Shown here in pieces: positions 1 to 7,760 of a stretch of DNA of 64,000 bases (within the stretch, counting starts at the first letter, position 1; every line of letters begins with the position of its first letter). Origin of the DNA: Gemmatimonadota bacterium (GTDB lineage: Bacteria; Gemmatimonadota; Gemmatimonadetes; Gemmatimonadales; GWC2-71-9); assembly GCA_003221035.1 (NCBI GenBank), contig QHUB01000025.1, forward strand, positions 8,614-72,613, written 5' to 3'. The position numbers and the translations under genes are program-made. Under the pieces are notes generated by a model. It was not told the origin of the DNA. It made no database searches and worked only from the letters and a program-made list of their open reading frames with translations.

Positions 1-66
1 CGCGAGATCGGCGCACAATTCGATGCGATCGGCGCCTCCTTCCTGCGCGGCGAGCGCGGCATCTAA
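1..66 (+). CDS. 3' end of an unidentified CDS entering from upstream (...REIGAQFDAIGASFLRGERGI*)
   Basis: Frame 1 is open from base 1 to TAA at 64-66 with GC-rich third positions like neighbouring genes. It is too short to identify. Confidence 0.3.
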   Translation, partial: REIGAQFDAIGASFLRGERGI

Positions 67-126
67 CGACTCCACGGCCGCTTCGATTAGGATCAGTTTG
101 TGCTCATTCGTGTAGAGGCTTCTAAT

Positions 127-1179
127 ATGCGTGCCGCGATCGTTTCACCGGGGAAAGCCAATTCGATGCGGGTCGCCGACGTGCCCGCGCCCGAGCCCCC
201 GCCGGACGAATGCCTGGTGCGGGTGCTGGAGGTCGGGATTTGCGGCACCGATCGCGATATCGACGCGGGCCACTATGGAGAGGGGCCCGCGGGGTCGGAG
301 TATTTGATTGACGGCCACGAGTCGTTGGGCGAAGTCGTCGAAGGACCACGGCACAAGGGGGAGCTCGTCGTCGCCATGGTGCGGCGACCGTGCCGGGAAC
401 GCTGCATCGCCTGTCGCACCGGTCAGGTGGATTTCTGCCGCAGCGGCAATTACGAAGAGCGCGGGATCCGGCGGCGTCACGGCTTTCTGGCCGAGTACTA
501 TGCGGAGTCGCCGGAGTATCTGATTCATGTGCCGCGCGCGCTGCGGAAGTTTGGTGTGCTGCTCGAGCCGATGTCGGTCTCGCAAAAGGCGCTGCGCCAG
601 GTGTACGCGATTCAGCGGCGGATGCCGTGGGAGCCGAAGCGCATGCTCATCACGGGCGCCGGAAGCGTCGGGACGCTCGCTGCCTGCATCGCCCGGCTGA
701 AAGGGCTCGAGGTCGTGATCTATTCGCGCGGCGCCGGCCGCGGGGCCGACGAGATGATTCGGCGGAAGATCGGCGCGACCTACGTCAGCGCCGATGACCA
801 CAAACTCTCCGACATTGGATTGTTCGACATCGCGCTGGATGCGACGGGCTTCAGCCCGCTCGCGTGGGGTGCGGCAGAGGTGCTCGATGTGAACGGCGTG
901 CTCTGCATGCTGAGCGTCACGGGCGGCAAGAAGCGCATCGACATTGCGTCGGACGCGCTCAACGACAAGTTCGTGCTCGGCAATCGCCTGTTGTTCGGAT
1001 CTGTGAACGCGGCGCGGGAAGATTTCGAAAACGGCGTGCGCGACTTCGCGGCACTCGAGCAGCGCTGGCCGGGGATGATGGAGCACTTTATCACGCGGCG
1101 ACTGCCGCTCGCTGAGATTCGCAAAGCCCTCGACGAGCGGCCGCCCGACGATCTAAAGACGATCATCGAGCTCGGTTAG
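127..1179 (+). CDS. Zn-dependent medium-chain dehydrogenase, glucose 1-dehydrogenase-like
   Basis: It has MDR motifs GICGTDRDI and GHESLGEV plus a Rossmann segment ITGAGSVGT. ATG at 127 follows an AGAGG-like SD; the track ORF starts at 100. Confidence 0.85.
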   Translation: MRAAIVSPGKANSMRVADVPAPEPPPDECLVRVLEVGICGTDRDIDAGHYGEGPAGSEYLIDGHESLGEVVEGPRHKGELVVAMVRRPCRERCIACRTGQVDFCRSGNYEERGIRRRHGFLAEYYAESPEYLIHVPRALRKFGVLLEPMSVSQKALRQVYAIQRRMPWEPKRMLITGAGSVGTLAACIARLKGLEVVIYSRGAGRGADEMIRRKIGATYVSADDHKLSDIGLFDIALDATGFSPLAWGAAEVLDVNGVLCMLSVTGGKKRIDIASDALNDKFVLGNRLLFGSVNAAREDFENGVRDFAALEQRWPGMMEHFITRRLPLAEIRKALDERPPDDLKTIIELG

Positions 1180-1539
1180 AAACCCGAGCTGCCCCTTGAG
1201 AATCTTGCCGCGCGCCTGGTCCAGGGTGAGCCACGCGGCGCGATCGACCTCGGGATACTCGCGACCGTGCAATGTGAATCTGTTGCTCACGAGGCCGGTG
1301 GGATCGCAGTCCAGCTCCACAGCCCAGGCATGCACGACTTTCCCGCTCGGCTGTTTCAGCGGCGTGAGTGGAACGAATTCTCCCTCTGCGACGAACCCGG
1401 TCTCTTCGGTGAACTCGCGTCTGGCCGCCGCGAGCGGATCTTCGCCGGGCTCGAACTCGCCTTTGGGGATGGACCAGGCGCCTTCATCTTTATGGGCCCA
1501 AAACGGACCGCCGGGGTGCACGAGAAAGACTTCGCGCAC
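1153..1539 (-). CDS. NUDIX hydrolase (COG4112-like); true N-terminus probably extends to 1587 (see finding)
   Basis: The Nudix box GEFEPGEDPLAAARREFTEETGF is present, with HPGGPFW and WSIPKGE typical of this small NUDIX family. The coordinates are the GTG-start minimal ORF. Confidence 0.85.
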   Translation of the reverse strand: MREVFLVHPGGPFWAHKDEGAWSIPKGEFEPGEDPLAAARREFTEETGFVAEGEFVPLTPLKQPSGKVVHAWAVELDCDPTGLVSNRFTLHGREYPEVDRAAWLTLDQARGKILKGQLGFLTELDDRL

Positions 1540-1587
1540 CCCGGCGTTCTTGCGATAGAGCAGCAGCCCAGCGCTTTGTTTCGCCAG

Positions 1588-3651
1588 CTACAGGCTCCTT
1601 ACGTTCGCGCGCACTCCGTTCGCCCCGTTGCTCGCGCCACCCGCCGGCGACGTTCCGCCTGCTCCTGCCGGGCCGAGCACGAAGGTGTTGCCCGACTCCG
1701 TGACCGAGCCTCCGTGGAACGCGATGCCGATCGACGGACCGCCGCCACCACCACCGCTGTGACCGCCGTTCCCACCTTGGCCACCGTGCCCACCAGTGCC
1801 CCCGGCGCCCACGCTTGGCGCGTCGCGGGTCGCACCGAGACCGCCGGTACCGCCTGTGCCTCCAAGCGCACCGAAAGCGCCGTTGCCACCGGCGAGACCA
1901 TGGGTCGTTTCGATTGTATTTCCTGTGATCTCCAGACTGGACAATACGGCGAAGATACCGAAGGAACCGACACCCCCACCACCTGCGATGCCACCGCCGC
2001 CCCCGCAGCCACCGGCGGCACCGCCGCCGCCACCATTTCCGCCGCCGGGTTGGAGGGGTTCGTTCAGACCGCCGCCGCCACCGCCGCCGCCCCCGCCACC
2101 GCCGGGTTCGCCTCTGCGGCCGTTGAACCCATCCGCCGTGAGATAGCGGTTACCGCCGACCGTGCCCAGCTCGGCGCCGCCGAGTCCGTTCGCTCCTGCT
2201 GCACCGTCGAGCCCATCGCCTCCGTTTTCGCCAGGAGCTAGCGGGCTCAACGTCCCGCCGGGACCTCCAGCTCCGCCGTCGCCGGCGGGGATGACGCCTA
2301 CGAAACCCGTCTCGCCATTTCCCCCGTCGCTCCCCGGCGTTCCGCCGGTGCCGCCGGCGCCACCGATGACCGCGATGATGTTGTTACTGTTGTCGAAGCA
2401 GCCATTTGTGACTTCCGGGCCACCCTCGCCTGGAGGGAGGCTCACACCACCGGGCCCTCCGTCGTATCCGTTCAGGCCGCGGCTCCCGTCGGTGCCATTC
2501 TGGCCGTTCCGTCCACCGAATCCTTCGTTCGCGATGATGTGATTGCCTGAAATGACCACGAGGCTGTTGATCGCCAGGATGCCGTAGGCGCTGGCTCCGA
2601 AGTTGCCGTTATCGGCGTAACCGCTTGTGATGGTAAAGCCGTCGATCGTCACCGCGCCGGGCAAATTGTCGGCCATCACGCCGATCGCGCGATTGCTTCC
2701 GGCGATGGTGGAGATGAACGTTGCCGGCGCACGATTCCAGGTTGCGGGATCATAGCCGCCGTAGAGGCTCACACCAGAAACCAAGCTCACATCTTCCGTA
2801 TACGTCCCAGCCGCCACATTGACTCGCTGCTTGTTGGCCGAGAACGCACGATTGAGCGCGGCCTGGATGTGTCGCATCGGTACCGCGGGGGTTCCCGGCC
2901 CGGTGTCACTGCCCGTCGGGCTGACGTAAAACGCGTCCACGGCCATGACTACTGTGATACAGCTCGGCGCACTGCCGTTGCCGGACGCATCGTTGCCCGT
3001 GACGCAGAAGAAATGTTGCCCGGTGGCCAACGCTGGCACGTGTGCACGCACCACCTCGTTTTGCTGATCGAATGCGCCGTCGTTGGCGAACATCGCGACG
3101 GATGGGCCGCTGTCGACCGAATAGCTCGCGCTCGCGATGTTGGAGCCGCCGGTAAAAGTGTCACTGACGACGGCGGTCAGATCGAACGGCGTGCCCGGAA
3201 GCGGGACCGAGGGCGTCGTCGCGACACTGGAAACAACCGGTGGCTCGCCGTCCGCGAGCGTGGCGATGAAAATCGCAAATGTGAGCTTCACGCCCGTCGC
3301 ATTGTCGACCGCGCGCGCTTCGACCCGCTGCGCACCACTGTGCGCGAGGCCGAGGGTCCAACGTTCCTGCACTATGCCGTCGCGTCCGGAGATGGCGGCG
3401 CCGGCAAAGACGCTGCCGCCGCCCGCGACAACCACGAAGTTGACGATCTGTCCCTGAACCGCGCGCCCGCGGTTGTCTTCGACGCGCGCGACAATGGGCG
3501 CCGGCAGCTCGGTCCCGGGCGGGGCGGTTTGGTTGTTGCCGGAGATAACGGACAGGGATAACGGGCCGGCCGACTGCTCGGTCTCTACGGGCGCGACGCA
3601 CGACGCGAGTGCGAGGAGCCCGGCAATCCGGGCGACTGAGGAGAGACGCAT
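1588..3651 (-). CDS. Secreted lipoprotein: Ig-like (Big) domains + right-handed beta-helix (DUF1565-like) + extremely Gly-rich C-terminal repeat region
   Basis: It has a lipobox LLALASC and a Big-like segment (IVARVEDNRGRAVQGQIVNF). FYVSPTGSDTGPGT...VNVAAGTY is typical of pectate-lyase-fold proteins. The C-terminal ~300 aa are GGxGGxG repeats including an 11-Gly run. ATG at 3651 is preceded by GGAGG. Confidence 0.85.
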   Translation of the reverse strand: MRLSSVARIAGLLALASCVAPVETEQSAGPLSLSVISGNNQTAPPGTELPAPIVARVEDNRGRAVQGQIVNFVVVAGGGSVFAGAAISGRDGIVQERWTLGLAHSGAQRVEARAVDNATGVKLTFAIFIATLADGEPPVVSSVATTPSVPLPGTPFDLTAVVSDTFTGGSNIASASYSVDSGPSVAMFANDGAFDQQNEVVRAHVPALATGQHFFCVTGNDASGNGSAPSCITVVMAVDAFYVSPTGSDTGPGTPAVPMRHIQAALNRAFSANKQRVNVAAGTYTEDVSLVSGVSLYGGYDPATWNRAPATFISTIAGSNRAIGVMADNLPGAVTIDGFTITSGYADNGNFGASAYGILAINSLVVISGNHIIANEGFGGRNGQNGTDGSRGLNGYDGGPGGVSLPPGEGGPEVTNGCFDNSNNIIAVIGGAGGTGGTPGSDGGNGETGFVGVIPAGDGGAGGPGGTLSPLAPGENGGDGLDGAAGANGLGGAELGTVGGNRYLTADGFNGRRGEPGGGGGGGGGGGGLNEPLQPGGGNGGGGGAAGGCGGGGGIAGGGGVGSFGIFAVLSSLEITGNTIETTHGLAGGNGAFGALGGTGGTGGLGATRDAPSVGAGGTGGHGGQGGNGGHSGGGGGGPSIGIAFHGGSVTESGNTFVLGPAGAGGTSPAGGASNGANGVRANVRSL

Positions 3652-3692
3652 CTGGCCTCCAAGCCAAGCGGGAAACACCTTAAACTGCGGCT

Positions 3693-5159
3693 ATGTTGCT
3701 CGAGTCGCTAGTTCAGACATCCGCCGCGGTAGCCGCGACATCCGGCCGGCTCGCGAAGATCAAACTGCTCGCCGATCTGCTCCAGCAGGCGAACCCTGAC
3801 GAGATAGAGCTGGCGATCGCCTACTTGTCCGGCACGATCCGGCAGTCAAAGGCCGGTGTGGGGTGGGCGACTCTGAGCCAGGCACGGTCACACGTCGGCG
3901 CATCGTCACGACTGCACTTGCGCGACGTGGACGAAACGCTCGAAAAGATCTCCAAGACATCGGGCAAGGGCTCGGCATCCGAGAAGCAACGACTCCTGAG
4001 CGAGCTGTTTTCCAAGGCGACGGCCGACGAGCAGGACTTTCTGTTTCGACTGATCACGGGCGAGCTGCGCCAGGGGGCTCTCGAGGGCATCATGGTCGAA
4101 GCGCTGGCCAAGGCGCGCGATCTCCCCGCGAACCAGGTGCGGCGTGCCATGATGCTGGCCGGCAATCTGGGTGCGGTGGCGAAGGGCGACGTTTCGAGCT
4201 TCACGGTTGAGTTATTCCGGCCCATCAAACCGATGCTGTCGAAGACGGCAACGGATGTGGAGGAAGCGTTGGCCGAGCTCGGGCCAGCGTCGTTTGAGTA
4301 CAAGCTCGATGGAATCCGGATTCAGGTACATAAACGCGCGAACGAGGTACGGATTTACTCGCGAACGCTGAACGAAATCACCGCGGAACTGCCTACGGTA
4401 CGGGACATATCCATACGTATGGATATGTCCGAGTGTATCCTGGATGGCGAGGCGATCGTTTTGGGCGCAGACGGCCGGCCAGTCCGTTTTCAGGAGACGA
4501 TGAAAGGCCTAGGCGGCGGCATCCCTTTCTTCTTTGATATCCTCTATCTGGACGGCATGTCGCTGCTCGATCAGCCGTACGTGACGCGCGCCAAGGTCCT
4601 GGCCGAGAAGATCCCCGAATCGCAACGCCCGCCGCGCCTCGTGACCGCCGACGCCAAGCAGGCACAGGATTTCTTCGATGCCGCGATTGCCGCCGGCCAG
4701 GAAGGGCTCATGGCCAAAGGTCTCGAGTCCAAGTACGAGGCGGGACGACGCGGGGGGACCTGGTTCAAGATCAAGAGAGCCAATACTCTAGACCTCGTCG
4801 TCCTGGCAGCCGAATGGGGGCATGGCCGGCGCCATGGCAAACTCTCGAACCTCCACCTCGGCGCGCGCGATCCGAACGGCGGCTTCGTAATGCTCGGCAA
4901 GACCTTCAAGGGCATGACGAACGAATTACTCGATTGGCAGACCAAGCGGGTCCTCGAGCTCGAGACTCACCGCGAAGGGATCGCGGTGTTCGTAAAGCCT
5001 GAGCTCGTGGTCGAAATCGCTTTCAACGGGTTGCAGGACAGCCCGCATTATCCCGGCGGTCTGGCGCTGCGCTTTGCTCGCGTGATACGCTATCGCGACG
5101 ACAAGAAGCCCGAAGACGCCGACACCATCGAGACCGTCAGAAAGCTGCACAACGGATGA
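3693..5159 (+). CDS. lig: ATP-dependent DNA ligase (LigB/Lig-type, no Pol/PE domains)
   Basis: It has the adenylation motif I EYKLDGIRIQVH, motif EGLMAK, and an OB-fold tail LRFARVIRYRDDK. Confidence 0.9.
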   Translation: MLLESLVQTSAAVAATSGRLAKIKLLADLLQQANPDEIELAIAYLSGTIRQSKAGVGWATLSQARSHVGASSRLHLRDVDETLEKISKTSGKGSASEKQRLLSELFSKATADEQDFLFRLITGELRQGALEGIMVEALAKARDLPANQVRRAMMLAGNLGAVAKGDVSSFTVELFRPIKPMLSKTATDVEEALAELGPASFEYKLDGIRIQVHKRANEVRIYSRTLNEITAELPTVRDISIRMDMSECILDGEAIVLGADGRPVRFQETMKGLGGGIPFFFDILYLDGMSLLDQPYVTRAKVLAEKIPESQRPPRLVTADAKQAQDFFDAAIAAGQEGLMAKGLESKYEAGRRGGTWFKIKRANTLDLVVLAAEWGHGRRHGKLSNLHLGARDPNGGFVMLGKTFKGMTNELLDWQTKRVLELETHREGIAVFVKPELVVEIAFNGLQDSPHYPGGLALRFARVIRYRDDKKPEDADTIETVRKLHNG

Positions 5160-5692
5160 CGACGACCAGGACAGTTGCGAGCGAGCTCTTGCTGATTCTT
5201 TCACTGCTTCCACCCGCGCTGCACGCCCAATTCCCGCGCAGCCAACATGGATCCGTCACCCAACAGATCCAGGCAACTCAGATCTCCATCTCATACAATC
5301 GTCCGGTCGCACGCGGCCGAGAGTTGTTCGGCGCTCTCGTCCCCTGGGGCCGGCGCTGGCATCCCGGCGCGGACTCCGCGACGACGATCTCCTTCAGCAA
5401 AGACGTCATGATCGAAGGCCATCGCCTGGCGGCTGGGCACTATTCGCTGTGGACGATCCCTGAGCAGCCGCCCAAATCGTGGACAGTGATCTTCAATCGC
5501 GGGGTCGGTGGCTGGCACACGAATTATCCCGGTGAATCTCAGGACGCGCTGCGAGTTACCGTCAGCGCTGATACCGCGTCGTACATGGAAACGCTTACGT
5601 ACTATTTCCCTTTGGTCGACGCCGACTCGGCCGTGCTGCGACTGCAATGGGGAACCGTCGCTGTCCCGCTCAAAATCAAGGTGGTGCAATGA
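5156..5692 (+). CDS. Secreted DUF2911-like protein
   Basis: It has a signal peptide. The segment ISISYNRPVARGRELFGALVPWG..WHPGAD..T matches my recollection of DUF2911. Its ATG overlaps the ligase stop (ATGA). Confidence 0.75.
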   Translation: MTTTRTVASELLLILSLLPPALHAQFPRSQHGSVTQQIQATQISISYNRPVARGRELFGALVPWGRRWHPGADSATTISFSKDVMIEGHRLAAGHYSLWTIPEQPPKSWTVIFNRGVGGWHTNYPGESQDALRVTVSADTASYMETLTYYFPLVDADSAVLRLQWGTVAVPLKIKVVQ

Positions 5693-7155
5693 CTCCGTTT
5701 CTGCTCGTGCTGGCGCTGGTCGCGCAGTCCACCGACATCGAACGCGAAGCCGCCGGCGGGATTCTGCGACAGATCGATTCGCTCGAGGCACGCCTCAAAC
5801 CCACGGAAACGGCGCAGCGGCTGGTCGGACGCAAGGACGCCGCGCGCGACCGTGTGCTCGCGAACGTCGCCACACTGTGGAACGGCGAAATGCAGGGGCT
5901 GTCGGACTGGATTGGCCGCCATCCCGAAGTCGGCTGGCATGAGTTCCAGGCGTTCGACACGCTCACGGCGCTGCTCCGCAGCTACGGTTTTCAGGTGGAT
6001 ACCGGCGTCGCCGGAATGCCGACCGCGTTCGTCGCGCGCTGGACATCGCCCGCCGGCGCGAGCGGTCCCACACTCGGCCTCATCGCCGAGTACGACGCGC
6101 TGCGCGGGACCCAGGGTGACTTTCACGGTGATCAACACAACGCGCAAAGCCCCGTTGCGTTCGCGGCCGCGCGTGCGCTGCTGGGCTACATGACCGAGGC
6201 AAAGGTCCCGGGACGGATCATCGTCTACGGGACGCCGGCCGAGGAAGTCGATCCTCCGGCGAAAGGGATTCTCTATAAAGCGGGGATCTTCAAGGGCGCC
6301 GACATCCTGATGCGCAGCCATTCGTCCACCGAAACGCGCCGCGACCGGCCGGGCTTCGGCGTCTGCTGTCTCAACATCGACGCCGTGAAGTACACGTTCA
6401 CCGGCCGCCCCGCGCATCAGCTCACGGCCTGGAACGGTCGCAACGCGCTCGAAGCCGCGGTGCAGTTCTACTCGGCGGTGGATCACCTGCGCTCGACCTG
6501 GCGTCCGGACCACCGGGTGCAGGGCGTGATTCCCGAGGGCGGCATCGCGCCGAACGTCGTCCCCGATCACACCGTGGTGGACTATTTCATTCGGTTCCCT
6601 GACGAGGTGTACCTCGAGCACATCGCGCGCATGATGGACGATGCCGCCAAGGGCGCCGCGCAGATGACCGAGACCGACGTCGCCATCACGCGCTACGGCG
6701 AGTACCGCGACGGGGTCACGGTCTCCGCACTCGAAGAGCTCTGGTTCGCCTATGCGAAGAAACTCGGCGCCCCAGGAATCCAGGAGGAGAAGGGCCGGCC
6801 TGCGGGATACGAAGAGACCGGTTGGGTGAGCCGCGAGATTCCGGGCGTGGGCGTCACCGTACGCAGCTCATCGTTTGCCAATCATACCTATGGCATGCGT
6901 GACGACACCTTTGCCGAGATCGGGCACAAGGCGTTTGTGCTGGATGCCCAGATCGAAGCCGCGGTGTTGTTCGATTTCTTGACGCATCCTGAGCTGCGGA
7001 CCGCCGTGAAAGAAGAGCACCGCACGCTGGCGGGTCTCCAGGGCCAGTATCTCGCCGCACTGCGGCGGGTCTACGGTCCGGAAATCGGCGCCGACACGGC
7101 GCTGTCCAAAGCGAGTCGAGCGGACATTCGGATTCCGCAGGTCAAGCGGCCGTGA
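5689..7155 (+). CDS. Peptidase M20 family amidohydrolase (AbgB-like), exported
   Basis: It has the M20/AbgB-like layout (GLIAEYDAL, GTPAEE, dimerisation region). ATG at 5689 overlaps the upstream stop (ATGA). An N-terminal hydrophobic segment is present. Confidence 0.85.
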   Translation: MTPFLLVLALVAQSTDIEREAAGGILRQIDSLEARLKPTETAQRLVGRKDAARDRVLANVATLWNGEMQGLSDWIGRHPEVGWHEFQAFDTLTALLRSYGFQVDTGVAGMPTAFVARWTSPAGASGPTLGLIAEYDALRGTQGDFHGDQHNAQSPVAFAAARALLGYMTEAKVPGRIIVYGTPAEEVDPPAKGILYKAGIFKGADILMRSHSSTETRRDRPGFGVCCLNIDAVKYTFTGRPAHQLTAWNGRNALEAAVQFYSAVDHLRSTWRPDHRVQGVIPEGGIAPNVVPDHTVVDYFIRFPDEVYLEHIARMMDDAAKGAAQMTETDVAITRYGEYRDGVTVSALEELWFAYAKKLGAPGIQEEKGRPAGYEETGWVSREIPGVGVTVRSSSFANHTYGMRDDTFAEIGHKAFVLDAQIEAAVLFDFLTHPELRTAVKEEHRTLAGLQGQYLAALRRVYGPEIGADTALSKASRADIRIPQVKRP

Positions 7156-7697
7156 AGGTTGGGAAGACGCTCTACGTAAAGAATCGAAACGAATGGCGGC
7201 GCTGGCTCGCCAAGCACGGGAAGACGGCGACCGAGGTCTGGCTGATCTACTACAAGAAGGCGAGCGGCAAGCCGCGCATCCCGTACAACGATGCGGTGGA
7301 CGAAGCGCTGTGCTTCGGCTGGATCGACAGCATTTTGAAGCCGATCGACGCGCACAAGTACACGCAGCGGTTTTCGCCCCGCAAGAGGACCAGCAAACTG
7401 TCCGACATGAATCGCGAGCGCGTGCGGCGGCTCACCAAGGCGGGTCGGATGACGAAGGCCGGCCTCGCGGCGATCGCGCACACCGGCAAGCAAGCGAAAC
7501 TGCCGGCCGACATTCTGGCGCACCTGCGGCGTGATCCCGCGATCTGGAAGAACTTCCAGGGATTTTCCGCGTCGTACAAACGGATTCGAGTCGGCTGGAT
7601 CGCCGCCGCGCGACACCGCCGGAATACGTTTGAGCAGCGGCTGCGCTACTTCCTGAAGATGACCAAGCTGAACAAGCGCTTTGGGATGGTGCAGTAA
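7152..7697 (+). CDS. YdeI/OmpD-associated family protein (bacteriocin-protection-like)
   Basis: It has the family-typical N-terminus YYKKASGKPRIPYNDAVDEALCFGWIDS. Its GTG start overlaps the upstream stop (GTGA). Confidence 0.8.
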   Translation: MKVGKTLYVKNRNEWRRWLAKHGKTATEVWLIYYKKASGKPRIPYNDAVDEALCFGWIDSILKPIDAHKYTQRFSPRKRTSKLSDMNRERVRRLTKAGRMTKAGLAAIAHTGKQAKLPADILAHLRRDPAIWKNFQGFSASYKRIRVGWIAAARHRRNTFEQRLRYFLKMTKLNKRFGMVQ

Positions 7698-7760
7698 TAA
7701 CGAAAAGGCTGCCCCAATGTAGTATGGTGCGGCGACGGCCCCGCTCTCAGCTTGCTAGCC

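Noticed and set aside
1690-2350. Highly repetitive GCC/GGC-rich DNA that could be mistaken for a repeat array or CRISPR-like region
   Set aside because: It has no repeat-spacer periodicity. It is in-frame coding low complexity for the Gly-rich tail of the 1588-3651 protein.
5602-6621. 339-aa minus-strand ORF antisense to the M20 amidohydrolase
   Set aside because: It is a shadow ORF. The M20 frame is supported by family motifs and by overlap coupling with its neighbours.
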